DNA of 32,000 nt from an uncultured Nitrososphaerota archaeon. Lineage in GTDB: Archaea > Korarchaeota > Korarchaeia > Korarchaeales > Korarchaeaceae. A program made the position numbers and the translations under genes. Shown piece after piece: positions 1 through 8,818 of this stretch (within the stretch, counting starts at the first letter, position 1; the number at the start of each line of letters is the position of its first letter). The stretch is from assembly GCA_964480775.1 (NCBI GenBank), contig CAYZRF010000002.1:105953-137952 (forward strand), written 5' to 3'. A model generated the notes under the pieces. The model did no database searches and had not been told where the DNA came from. It saw only the letters and a program-made list of their open reading frames with translations.

Positions 1-1
1 C

Positions 2-799
2 GGCGCAGAGGTCTTTGAAGTAAAATATTTCGACAATACTGCGTTTTTAAGACAAGATCCCCAACTACACAGACAGCTTGCCATAATAGGTGGTCTAGAG
101 AGAATTTATGATCTAGGAACAAATTGGAGAGCCGAACCAAGTCATACTACTAGACACATAACCGAGTTTAGATCTTTAGCTGTAGAGATGGCATTCATAA
201 ATGACGAAAGAGACGTAATGAAAGTTGAGGAAGAAGTTGTCGCAGCGGGGATCTCCAGAGTAATTGAAGAGAGGCAAAAAGAACTAAAAATACTAAATGT
301 TGAACTTAAAGAACCTGCAAGACCTTTCCCTGAGCTTAAATTCCCTGAGATATACGAGATTTTGGAAGGATTCGGAAAAAAGATACCTTTTGGATCCTCT
401 TACGATACAGAATCAGAGAGACTCCTGTGGGAGTACGTTAAGGAAGAGTATGATAGTGATTTCTTCTTTGTAAATAGATTTCCAATGGCAGAAAAGCCAT
501 TTTATGTAATGAGAGCAGAAGCACCATGGGCTAGAAGTGTTGATTTGATATGCAAAGGTCTGGAGCTGAGTTCTGGAGGGCAAAGAGAGCATAGATACGA
601 AGTTCTTATGGAGCAAATAAGAGAGAAGGGGATCGATGAAAAACAGCTTGAATGGTACTCAAAGTTCTTCAAATACGGGGCACCTCCTCATGGAGGATTT
701 GCCATAGGAATTGAAAGGCTTACAATGCAGATCCTGAACTTAGAGAACATTAGAGAAGCCTCGCTATTCCCAAGGGATCCAGAAAGAGTATTACCTTGA
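2..799 (+). CDS. aspS: Aspartyl-tRNA synthetase, C-terminal catalytic part (5' end outside window)
   Basis: The frame is open from base 2 (GAEVFEVKYFDNTAFLRQDPQLHRQL...), upstream of the ATG at 188 used by the ORF track. Class II aaRS motif 2 (NWRAEPSHTTRHITEF) and motif 3 (GGFAIGIERLTMQ...LFPRDPERVLP) are readable. Confidence 0.85.
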   Translation, partial: GAEVFEVKYFDNTAFLRQDPQLHRQLAIIGGLERIYDLGTNWRAEPSHTTRHITEFRSLAVEMAFINDERDVMKVEEEVVAAGISRVIEERQKELKILNVELKEPARPFPELKFPEIYEILEGFGKKIPFGSSYDTESERLLWEYVKEEYDSDFFFVNRFPMAEKPFYVMRAEAPWARSVDLICKGLELSSGGQREHRYEVLMEQIREKGIDEKQLEWYSKFFKYGAPPHGGFAIGIERLTMQILNLENIREASLFPRDPERVLP

Positions 800-801
800 A
801 T

Positions 802-2358
802 CTAAAATCGTATTAGGTGTTCTCTGTGGATTTCTAGTATCATTCCTTCTACCTTAACTGGTTCAAGCCCTCTTGTTAGTTCTAAAGCTGCTTGCAATCG
901 ACTTTCACTTGAGGAATAAATCTCTAAAAGAGGATCCCCTGGCTCAACTCTGTCTCCGCGTTTGCCGAAAACTCTAACCCCCGCTCCTTTGTCTTTAGGT
1001 GCGCCAGCAGCTCTAGCGATCCTTGTTATGGCTCTATTGGAAACTGCAGTAACATATCCCTTCATGGGCGCTCTAACTACCTCTCTATAGGATCCAACTT
1101 CAATGTCCTCTGGCTTTATATTGGGATTTCCTCCTTGAGCCTCAATTATCTGCTTCATTTTATTGTATGCTCTCTTACTTGTAAGAATATCCCTTGCTAG
1201 ATTCGAACCTTCTCCAATAGGAGCTATTCCACCCAATTCTAGCAGAATTCCTGCAAGAGCAATGGCTTTTTCAACGAGGCTTCCCGCGCCTTTCCCACCA
1301 GTAATGAGCGTGGTAAGCGCTTCCCTTGCTTCAAGCGCTGGACCAATGAACTCTCCTATTGGCTGTCCTCCGTAGGAGATCGCTGCCTCCACCCTTATCC
1401 CTAGCCTATCCCCAAGAGTAATCATGTTCCTTGCCATTCTTCTGGCGTCCTTCATGGTTTCCACTTTAGATTCAGGCCCCGTGGGGATGTCTAATACCAT
1501 CCTTTTAACGCCCGCAGCATATTTCTTCGACATGATCGAAGCGTAGATTAGTGATTCAGGATCAATTGAAAGAGGATGTTCGACCCTTTCTATTAATATA
1601 GCATCAACGGGCGAAAGGTTAGCACTTCTGGTCCAAGTAATAACTCCCCCAATTCTCCTTGTAATTTCTATGATCTCTTCAGCGCTCAAATCGATGGGTG
1701 CTAAAACTTCCATAGTATCTACCGTTCCTGAAGGGCTAAGAATTGCACGCGTACTCGTTTTTGGTATCATTAGACCAGCAGCAGCCACAATGGGGACGAT
1801 TAAAAGTGCATCCTTGCTAGCACCGGGAACGCCCCCTATTCCATGCTTATCCACAATCAGCGCATCCCCAAAATCAAGCATTGTACCTACTTCAGACATT
1901 GCTCTAGTAAGATATTCAATCTCATCCATATCTGCTCCATGGAACTGAAGGGCAGTGACGAAAGCAGCAAGTTCGACCTTACTGACAACTCCTTCATATA
2001 TATCCCTAACGAGAGAATAAATCTCTTCTTTCGAGATTTTTTCGCCAAAAACCTTTTTCTTTATAGTTGCTGAAGACCTAGAGGGCTTTGCCAGCTCAAC
2101 CTGTACGATAGATCCTTCTTTAAGATCTAAGAATTCGGCAACATCCCGAAATACACCAATCTCTCCCTCTTTAATGAATTCCTCAGATTCTGAAATGCTC
2201 AGAAGAGCAATAGCACCTCTACCATCTAAAGAAGAAATCTTAACTCTACTCTCAAAAGCAGCTCCTAATTCGTGGGCGTCTTTTGGACTCATGACTATCC
2301 TTGATTCCCCAAGTTCAGTCTTTAGCAGTACCACCTTCAGCTGAATCAGCTCAATCAC
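802..2358 (-). CDS. deoA: AMP phosphorylase (archaeal thymidine-phosphorylase family with N-terminal extension)
   Basis: 518-aa ORF with a GTG start. Thymidine-phosphorylase signatures are present (DKHGIGGVPG, SIMSKKYAAGV). A roughly 90-aa N-terminal extension and the about 500-aa length fit archaeal AMP phosphorylase rather than about 440-aa bacterial DeoA. Confidence 0.8.
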   Translation of the reverse strand: MIELIQLKVVLLKTELGESRIVMSPKDAHELGAAFESRVKISSLDGRGAIALLSISESEEFIKEGEIGVFRDVAEFLDLKEGSIVQVELAKPSRSSATIKKKVFGEKISKEEIYSLVRDIYEGVVSKVELAAFVTALQFHGADMDEIEYLTRAMSEVGTMLDFGDALIVDKHGIGGVPGASKDALLIVPIVAAAGLMIPKTSTRAILSPSGTVDTMEVLAPIDLSAEEIIEITRRIGGVITWTRSANLSPVDAILIERVEHPLSIDPESLIYASIMSKKYAAGVKRMVLDIPTGPESKVETMKDARRMARNMITLGDRLGIRVEAAISYGGQPIGEFIGPALEAREALTTLITGGKGAGSLVEKAIALAGILLELGGIAPIGEGSNLARDILTSKRAYNKMKQIIEAQGGNPNIKPEDIEVGSYREVVRAPMKGYVTAVSNRAITRIARAAGAPKDKGAGVRVFGKRGDRVEPGDPLLEIYSSSESRLQAALELTRGLEPVKVEGMILEIHREHLIRF

Positions 2359-2541
2359 CCATATGATAAATTAGTGAAAACACTTCTTTAGATCTCTAAT
2401 TTCAATTTAAAAGTATCTCATATGTAATTCTTTAACTGTATGTGTTGCTCTTTGTCTACACAGGAATAAAAACCAGCCTCACTTAACCCTTAAAGAAAGG
2501 CATAAAATCGATGGCTGGTTCTTTTACGGTAGGAATTAAAG

Positions 2542-3585
2542 ATGGAGCCGCTGACACATTGGATCGATTTCTTAGAGGACATTTTGCGTAAAGTTGCCAG
2601 TCAAAAAAGTGACATAGCCTTAATTCATCACATAACTCCGGATGGAATCATAGCCTCGCTTTTTCTGAGGAAAGTCTTAGAAAGCATGGATACTCCAGTA
2701 GAGATAACTTCTTCCCTCCCAGAAGATCTTCTGTTTACAATGGAAAGAATTGATGAGGCAAAAACCCTAATTCTCGTCGACCTAGTACCCTTGGGGCCTG
2801 GGCCGATTTCTGTTGCTCATGAGTTTTTTCCTGGAGGATTCCTTTTATTCGATCATGAGAGCATTAATCTTGGCTATGATCTAAAAAACACAATCCGCCT
2901 TAACCCACGAATTTTTTCGTTAAATCTTCCAACAAGCTACTCAGCCTATCTGGTAGCAGAAAGAATAGATCCATCATCACACAATCTCTCATGGCTAGTT
3001 CAAATCGGAATTTACGGCGAAATGACAGAATTTCCCAAGCAAGAAGCTGAATTAAACATGGAGACAATTCGATATGAGGAAGATATATCGAGAATTTATC
3101 AAGCAATATTTTCCCTTTCTTCAGTTCTTGGGGAGAGAGGATCCAAAATTGTTTTATCCACTCTAGAAAGCTCTATTGGAGAGTTTTCTATTCTTGATAG
3201 GGGAGATCCGCTTCATGCTATCTTCTGGGACGAGGCTAATCAATGTTTGGAGGAAATAGCAAAACAACTTTCGAAACAACCAAAAATTATAGAGAAGAAC
3301 TTAGTTGCCCACCAAGTAAGCAACCCAGCCCTCAGGTTTATTATAGCTGAGCTTGGACTAATGAAATACAAACAAGAGATCCACGTAGCTTACTATTGCA
3401 ACGATGTTTTAGCTAGGATTTGTGTTAGAAGAAAACCTTCGAGTGAAATAAACATCTATGAAAGAGTAAGGGAGATATTGAGTTCAAAAGAATCAAGTAT
3501 CGTTGGAAGAGAGGATTTCGCAGATGTGTGTATAAGATCAGAGTTCCTGGAAGATTTACTCAAGTATATGATAGATTTGTCATAG
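2542..3585 (+). CDS. Degenerate DHH/DHHA1-family protein (RecJ/Cdc45-like, probably catalytically inactive)
   Basis: DHH motif order is recognisable but the catalytic residues are altered. Motif I is IHHITPDGIIAS (second Asp of DxD lost), II is LILVDLV, III is LLFDHES (DHH becomes DHE), IV is TSYSAYLVA. The C-terminal VGREDFADV sits where DHHA1 GGHxxAAG would be. Confidence 0.4.
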   Translation: MEPLTHWIDFLEDILRKVASQKSDIALIHHITPDGIIASLFLRKVLESMDTPVEITSSLPEDLLFTMERIDEAKTLILVDLVPLGPGPISVAHEFFPGGFLLFDHESINLGYDLKNTIRLNPRIFSLNLPTSYSAYLVAERIDPSSHNLSWLVQIGIYGEMTEFPKQEAELNMETIRYEEDISRIYQAIFSLSSVLGERGSKIVLSTLESSIGEFSILDRGDPLHAIFWDEANQCLEEIAKQLSKQPKIIEKNLVAHQVSNPALRFIIAELGLMKYKQEIHVAYYCNDVLARICVRRKPSSEINIYERVREILSSKESSIVGREDFADVCIRSEFLEDLLKYMIDLS

Positions 3586-3654
3586 TCCAGATGATGTTTT
3601 AATTTATGTACCGTTTAGGATCAGATGACATGATCCCTGCGAGGGTGACAAATA

Positions 3655-3993
3655 TTGACCCTAAGGATAGGAGTAGCGACAGACGATGGGAAGACTGTAA
3701 AGGAGGGAGACTTCAGCGAATCGAAATTCTTTGCAATTTACGATTTAACCGGAAGAACGCCCATTAGAGTGGAATTAAGGCCAAATCCATTGAGAGGTAA
3801 AAGTAAGGATCCTATGCGGGTTCTTAGGATATTGGGTGATTGTGACGTTATCATCAGCATGGGATTTGCCCCAGAAAGCATTAAGGATATGGAAGCTAAG
3901 GGGATAATTGCACACGAAACAAAAAAGAAGGACGTAGATAAATCAGTCTTAGAATTTGCGGAGGAACTAGCCCGCCTTGGAATCAGATCTTGA
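3655..3993 (+). CDS. NifB/NifX/NifY-like (dinitrogenase FeMo-cofactor-binding domain family) small protein
   Basis: 112 aa with a TTG start. The pattern RIGVATDDGKTV...F(S)ESKFFAIYDL...CDVIISMGFAPESIKDMEAKGI matches the usual layout of stand-alone Nitro_FeMo-Co domain proteins. Confidence 0.6.
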   Translation: MTLRIGVATDDGKTVKEGDFSESKFFAIYDLTGRTPIRVELRPNPLRGKSKDPMRVLRILGDCDVIISMGFAPESIKDMEAKGIIAHETKKKDVDKSVLEFAEELARLGIRS

Positions 3994-3996
3994 GGA

Positions 3997-4012
3997 GTAC
4001 ATGTACCTTTTT
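3997..4012 (+). terminator. Palindrome GTACATGTAC followed by a T5 run in a 23-nt convergent spacer
   Basis: A perfect 10-bp palindrome (3997-4006) starts 4 nt after the stop codon at 3991-3993 and is followed by TTTTT at 4008-4012. Archaeal termination uses oligo-T tracts. Confidence 0.35.
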
Positions 4013-4016
4013 CTTG

Positions 4017-4715
4017 TTACAGAAGATAAACCGCCATAGCACTTATTATAGGGACGGTAAAATTATCAAACGGCTCCAATGGACCCAATGTTAAGGCTTC
4101 AGTCACACTACCCGCTGCTGAACCTATAATGGCTTTGAACAAAATACCCGCCATACTTAGAGAAATGGTTGGAGATAAGTTAAGCATAATCAATCCTGAA
4201 GCAGCCCCTAGAAATCCGAAAATAAATAAAGCAAGAGAACCCTCCAGGCTTCTATCAGACCATGGATAAATATGTCTATTCTTAATCTTACTTGCAAGCA
4301 AAGGGGCCATACCATCGCCCCAAGCCATAACATAGATAGAAGCTACGATGACATCTTTCCTGTTCCAAAAAAGGCATAATAAAAAGAAAATCGATATAAT
4401 GTAATATAAGGGACCGTAGTTGTGCCAACTCCCTTTTTTGGAGTAAAACATTGACTGTATCATAGGATGCTCTCTTTTTCCTAATAAGAGCAAGAGTAGC
4501 AGTGCTAGAAGGCCGCCAGGGATCAGAACTGGCCAATGAACTGAACTAAACCATCCTATAGCTACTATTGAATCTCCAGCGAAAAGGTGTATAAGCTTCC
4601 TAGTTACGCTTGGATGGAAGCCTTTGGCCTTTAGAAACTCTCCAACTTTGATTATGACCATAACATATGCGTAGACCATCATAAGCAGCAATATGTTCAA
4701 TAAATTCGTACTCAT
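4017..4715 (-). CDS. Polyprenol (dolichol/phytol) kinase-like / CTP-transferase-1 family integral membrane protein
   Basis: 232 aa with about 6-7 hydrophobic helices. RKLIHLFAG and SDRSLEGSLALFIFGF resemble the conserved motifs of dolichol/phytol kinases and CdsA-type cytidylyltransferases. Confidence 0.45.
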   Translation of the reverse strand: MSTNLLNILLLMMVYAYVMVIIKVGEFLKAKGFHPSVTRKLIHLFAGDSIVAIGWFSSVHWPVLIPGGLLALLLLLLLGKREHPMIQSMFYSKKGSWHNYGPLYYIISIFFLLCLFWNRKDVIVASIYVMAWGDGMAPLLASKIKNRHIYPWSDRSLEGSLALFIFGFLGAASGLIMLNLSPTISLSMAGILFKAIIGSAAGSVTEALTLGPLEPFDNFTVPIISAMAVYLL

Positions 4716-4723
4716 CTCTCCAA

Positions 4724-4746
4724 TTTTATAAAGAGAATATTAAGAG
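4724..4746. promoter_or_regulatory. AT-rich TATA-like elements in a 64-bp divergent spacer
   Basis: TTTTATAAAG (4724-4733) lies about 50 nt upstream of the Thg1-like ATG, which also has a GGAG 6 nt upstream. GAGAATATTAAG (4733-4744) lies 20-30 nt from the minus-strand start at 4715, consistent with a leaderless transcript. Confidence 0.3.
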
Positions 4747-4779
4747 TTTTGTCTTGCAAGAATAATTAAGGAGACTTAA

Positions 4780-5574
4780 ATGGAGACCATCGACTGGAAA
4801 AAGAGGGAAATAGCTTCTACATTCAGAATCCCTGAAGATTTTCCCTTGATTGTTAGGGTTGATGGCTGGAAATTTCACAACTTAGCTAAAAAATTAGATT
4901 TAAGAAGACCATTTGACGAGAGAATGATTAGATGCTTGGTAGAGGCCGCTAAAGAGCCCTTTAATCTTGGTTTTCCGGTAATTCTAGCCTATTCCTTTTC
5001 AGACGAGATATCTTTTCTTATTAGACCCCCTCTTCCTTTTAAAGGAAGAGTAGAAAAGCTTGTTTCTGTATTTTCTTCAATTGTTGCGTCAGCTTTTAGT
5101 ATGACCCTAAAAGAGAGGAACGTAAGAGTCAACGTTGGCTTCGACGGTAGAGTAGTGGTCGTTAGAGAAGAAGAAATCCCAGAATACTTGTTTTGGAGGC
5201 AAGCAGAAGCTTGGAGGAACTGTATTAACGCATATGCTCAATATGCCCTCATCTCCAAGGGATTAACGCCTCAAAAGGCAGGGAATGAGCTAAAAGGTTT
5301 GAAAGCCCCAGAACTCCATGAGCTAGTTTTTCAACAACTCAGCATAAATCTGGCAAAGGTACCTTCATGGCAAAGAAGAGGTGTGTTGATATACCTTAAG
5401 GAATATGAGAAGGAAGGATTTGATCCTATATTAAACAAAAGAACAATAGTTAAGAGAAGAAGAATTGTAGAAGACTGGGATCCCCCATTATTCTCCTCAG
5501 AGGAAGGAAAGGCTTTCATAATAAGTCTCCTGAAGTCTTTCATGTTAAGGAACGAAGACTCTAGAAATGATTAG
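4780..5574 (+). CDS. tRNA(His) guanylyltransferase / Thg1-like 3'-5' nucleotidyltransferase
   Basis: The family motifs IVRVDGWKFHNL and AYSFSDEISFL are present (Thg1 consensus: VRLDGxxFHxF and SDExS). The 264-aa length is typical for archaeal Thg1-like proteins. Confidence 0.8.
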   Translation: METIDWKKREIASTFRIPEDFPLIVRVDGWKFHNLAKKLDLRRPFDERMIRCLVEAAKEPFNLGFPVILAYSFSDEISFLIRPPLPFKGRVEKLVSVFSSIVASAFSMTLKERNVRVNVGFDGRVVVVREEEIPEYLFWRQAEAWRNCINAYAQYALISKGLTPQKAGNELKGLKAPELHELVFQQLSINLAKVPSWQRRGVLIYLKEYEKEGFDPILNKRTIVKRRRIVEDWDPPLFSSEEGKAFIISLLKSFMLRNEDSRND

Positions 5575-5598
5575 AATTCTGTATGGGAGCCAACGGGA

Positions 5599-6099
5599 AT
5601 GTCAAAGAGAGCAGCCGTAGCAATATTGCTTAGAGATTGTGGTGAGATAGAGATATTGCTAGTGAAGCGCAGGGAGAGGCCACAAGATCCTTGGTCTGGT
5701 CAGATTGCTCTCCCAGGGGGGATGCAAAAAGAAAATGAGCATCTTTTACAAACTGCTATCAGAGAAACAGAGGAAGAGACCGGAATTTCTCTCTCATATG
5801 AAGAAGTTATAGGAACCTTAGAATCGACGAATCCTTCAAACAAACCAGAAATAGAGGTGATACCATTTATTTTCTTCATATCGAAGAAAAAGGAACCAAA
5901 ACCTGGAAACGAAATAGAATTCTGTAGATGGGTTCCTATCGAAAAACTCCTAACAAACAAAGTTGAAAGTAAGCTATCGGATGGAAAGAGAGTTCCAGCA
6001 TTTAGTTTCGAAAATATAGTTGTATGGGGGATGACTTATCGAATCTTACTGGATTTACTGAAATTTCTGAGAGACCTGAGAATTCTTGATATAGAATAG
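5599..6099 (+). CDS. Nudix hydrolase, CoA-pyrophosphatase-like subgroup
   Basis: A complete Nudix box GX5EX7REUXEEXGU is present (GMQKENEHLLQTAIRETEEETGI). It is preceded by LLVKRRERPQDPWSGQIALPGG, which resembles the NudL/NUDT7 CoA-pyrophosphatase signature. Confidence 0.75.
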   Translation: MSKRAAVAILLRDCGEIEILLVKRRERPQDPWSGQIALPGGMQKENEHLLQTAIRETEEETGISLSYEEVIGTLESTNPSNKPEIEVIPFIFFISKKKEPKPGNEIEFCRWVPIEKLLTNKVESKLSDGKRVPAFSFENIVVWGMTYRILLDLLKFLRDLRILDIE

Positions 6100-6109
6100 A
6101 TAGTATTTT

Positions 6110-6508
6110 TCATGAAGAAGTCAATTTTTCTGCAAATTCTCTTGATAAGTAGCTAGCTCTCTCCCAAGCCATATCTCTTGACCATCCTTGCGATACTAAC
6201 ACTCTTTCTATAGCTTTTTCCATCAGAAAGATCTCCTCTCTTTCTATGCTAAAGTACTTCTCATTGATTTGCTTAGAAATAACAGCAATAATAGATATGA
6301 TCTCTTCTTTACTCAACAATCTTATACCTGGTCTAAAATATGTCTTGTAGAGGTGGGGAGTAAATACACACATAAGAGCTTGAATTACCAAATTCCAAGA
6401 AACAAGTTCTATTTGTTTCTCATCCGCTCTAGTTCTAAATTTAACGTATTTAACGTCATCATAAATCTCGCTGATTGCTAACTCGTACAGCTCTTGGAAT
6501 AAATCCAA
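6110..6508 (-). CDS. Hypothetical protein (132 aa, helical, no recognisable motif)
   Basis: This is the longest ORF at this locus, with a TTG start and protein-like composition. The competing plus-strand ORF 6269..6481 is low complexity. Confidence 0.5.
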   Translation of the reverse strand: MDLFQELYELAISEIYDDVKYVKFRTRADEKQIELVSWNLVIQALMCVFTPHLYKTYFRPGIRLLSKEEIISIIAVISKQINEKYFSIEREEIFLMEKAIERVLVSQGWSRDMAWERASYLSREFAEKLTSS

Positions 6509-6775
6509 GATGATCCATGAAAGGCATGCTGTGTAAGGTTAAAATGTCTTTTCACTTCCTAATGTGGTGAAAATAATTACTATTAGGGTTAAAAAGTGAG
6601 AATTCATAATAAACGGGATAAGACAGGAATTAAGAAGACTTTAGATTTGGAATCTTTTGGGTTGAGAAGCTGAATAACAAGGCTTAGATAACCTTCACTC
6701 AAACTTAGTAAGCCTACCACATAGTAGGGTCGTAATGTTTAAGATTTTTAACAAAATATCTTAGCACGAGAGATC

Positions 6776-7957
6776 ATGCCCGATTTTGCTAAAAGAATGA
6801 GCATACTGGGTGTTGAGGGAGCGTTTATTGTGCTAGCTAAAGCAAGAGAATTAGAAAGACAAGGGCGTACTATAGTTCATATGGAAATAGGGCAACCAGA
6901 CTTTCCAACTCCTAAACACATAATAGATGCTGCTAAAAAAGCCCTAGACAGTGGAATGACTTCCTATACCCCCTCAACGGGGATCTATGAACTCAGAGAA
7001 GCGGTTGCGGAATATGTATCGAGCAGCAGGGAAGTAGACGTGAGTCCTGAAGAGGTTGTCATAACAGTTGGAGCAAAATTAGCTATCTTCGGTGCTTTAA
7101 TGGCTTTTGTTGATCCTGGTGACGAAGTAATAATCCCTGCCCCAGCATATCCCAGTTATGACAGCGTTACTAAGTTTGTTGGGGGAAAACCAATACACAT
7201 TCCTTTGAGAGAAGAAAGGAAGTTCAGCCCAAGCGGAGAAGAGATCGCAAGTGCTGTAACTGACAGAACAAAGGTTATCGTCATTAATACACCATGTAAT
7301 CCTACTGGGGGTGTTTATACAAAGGAAGACTTGAGAGCAATAGTAGATGTTGCTCAAGAAAAGGACTTGATTATAGTTTCGGATGAAATTTACGATGAGA
7401 TCGTGTTTGACGGTAGAAAGCATGAGAGCGTACTCTCTGTTCCGGGAGCAAAAGAGAGAACCGTGTTAATTGGGGGATTCTCGAAAACTTGGTCAATGAC
7501 AGGATGGCGACTTGGTTGGGCCGTAGCGCCCAAGGAAATTGTTGAGAAAATCGCTAAGATTCAGCTAAACACTACATCCTGTCCAGTACACTTCGTACAA
7601 ATTGCGGCCGTTGAGGCTATAAGAGGACCTCAAGATGACGTTAGAAAGATGGTTCAAGAGTATCAAGAACGCAGAGATCTGATTTTCGAAGGGCTAAATT
7701 CAATCCCAGGATTCAGCATGATAAAGCCAGCAGCAACATTCTATGCATTTCCAAACATAAAGAAGCTTGGAGTTAAAAGCTCTGAACTCGCTGACATGAT
7801 CCTCAACGAGGCTGGAGTCGCTCTTTTGCCAGGAACTGCATTTGGACCCGAAGGCGAGGGCTATTTGAGGCTTTCATTTGCTACCAGCAAAGACATGATA
7901 AAAGAAGGTTTGAGAAGGATAAAGGAGTTTGTTGAGGAGAAATTCCCAATCCTATGA
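6776..7957 (+). CDS. PLP-dependent aminotransferase class I (aspartate aminotransferase-like)
   Basis: 393 aa. The PLP-lysine motif GFSKTWSMTGWRLGW is present, along with NPTGGVY and SDEIYDEIVF, all typical of fold-type I AspAT. Confidence 0.85.
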   Translation: MPDFAKRMSILGVEGAFIVLAKARELERQGRTIVHMEIGQPDFPTPKHIIDAAKKALDSGMTSYTPSTGIYELREAVAEYVSSSREVDVSPEEVVITVGAKLAIFGALMAFVDPGDEVIIPAPAYPSYDSVTKFVGGKPIHIPLREERKFSPSGEEIASAVTDRTKVIVINTPCNPTGGVYTKEDLRAIVDVAQEKDLIIVSDEIYDEIVFDGRKHESVLSVPGAKERTVLIGGFSKTWSMTGWRLGWAVAPKEIVEKIAKIQLNTTSCPVHFVQIAAVEAIRGPQDDVRKMVQEYQERRDLIFEGLNSIPGFSMIKPAATFYAFPNIKKLGVKSSELADMILNEAGVALLPGTAFGPEGEGYLRLSFATSKDMIKEGLRRIKEFVEEKFPIL

Positions 7958-8249
7958 AGACTATTCAATATTTCTGTACCAAATGCATCGAATATCGCTG
8001 GTTATATCAGGCAACCGAATAAACCTGTATGATCAGAGGTGGAAATTGTCTCTATTAGTAAAGGTAATGCTTTGGTCAACATAAATTAACCATAACAATT
8101 TTAAGCACGCTCTCTTTTTCCAGAGACAGGGATCTGAATGGGAGAGAGAGGCGTTCTATTTATTATCCGGAGGGATCGTTGGGTCTTCGGCCGCTAAACT
8201 AAAGCTCTTCGAGAAGGAGGACCTATTTCCTTATGCATCTCTTCTAAAA

Positions 8250-8561
8250 TTGGCGCTAAAGGGTCTTTCCCCCTCGCAACGAAAAATTCTTACTAAACTC
8301 TTAGATTGGGAACTGGAAAGATACACAATGAGTTCTCTGGCCGCCAGACTAACAAACGAAGGCATACCTCTATCCACAGCCAAATGGAGTTTAAGAAACC
8401 TCCGATCCTTAGGCTTAATTCATTGCGGGGATGAAGGTAAGAAAGGCATTCCAGTTAGATTGACTTCTCTTGGCAGGTTGTTGGCAGAGATCGCTAAAAA
8501 AGATATGATAGATGAAGTAAGCAAATCGAACAATGAAATCAGAGAGGTCATAGAGGTATAA
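8250..8561 (+). CDS. Winged helix-turn-helix transcriptional regulator (start uncertain)
   Basis: SPSQRKILTKLL...YTMSSLAARLTNEGIPLSTAKWSLRNLRSLGLIHC...PVRLTSLGRLLAE has MarR/ArsR-like wHTH topology. The same frame is open and protein-like back to 8085 without a canonical start codon (see findings). Confidence 0.6.
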   Translation: MALKGLSPSQRKILTKLLDWELERYTMSSLAARLTNEGIPLSTAKWSLRNLRSLGLIHCGDEGKKGIPVRLTSLGRLLAEIAKKDMIDEVSKSNNEIREVIEV

Positions 8562-8599
8562 GGAGGTGCCAGGGTAATCCAGCGAAAAAATACTCTCGA

Positions 8600-8632
8600 G
8601 GGGAACGGCGGTGCCCCGCACATCTCTTTTTT
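8600..8632 (+). terminator. GC hairpin plus T6 tract downstream of the wHTH gene
   Basis: GGGG (8600-8603), a 10-nt loop and CCCC (8614-8617) are followed by TTTTTT at 8627-8632, about 40-70 nt after the stop codon. Confidence 0.4.
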
Positions 8633-8818
8633 CTATAAGCTTAGAGATATTATTATCCAAAAGACTAGATTATCAGGGAGATACCTATACTTGGCAAGAT
8701 ATTTGAAAGGAAAACTTATTACCTGCTGATATCTGCTCTGCTATCTCCAGTTCCGTCTGTTATAAGCTATTTACATTCTAAAATAGACTCAAGGCCGAGG
8801 AAGAAACTTCTTCTGCTA

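Noticed and set aside
2468-2525. 8-bp stem AACCAGCC/GGCTGGTT with a 34-nt loop upstream of the DHH-like gene.
   Set aside because: It is a weak, AT-flanked stem with a large loop and no resemblance to a known RNA family. It could be 5' UTR structure, but the evidence is too thin.
3589-3645. Near-C box AGAUGAUGU plus AGAUGAC in the spacer before the NifX-like gene.
   Set aside because: There is no canonical D box (only CUGC) and no flanking complementary stem, so it is insufficient to call a C/D sRNA.
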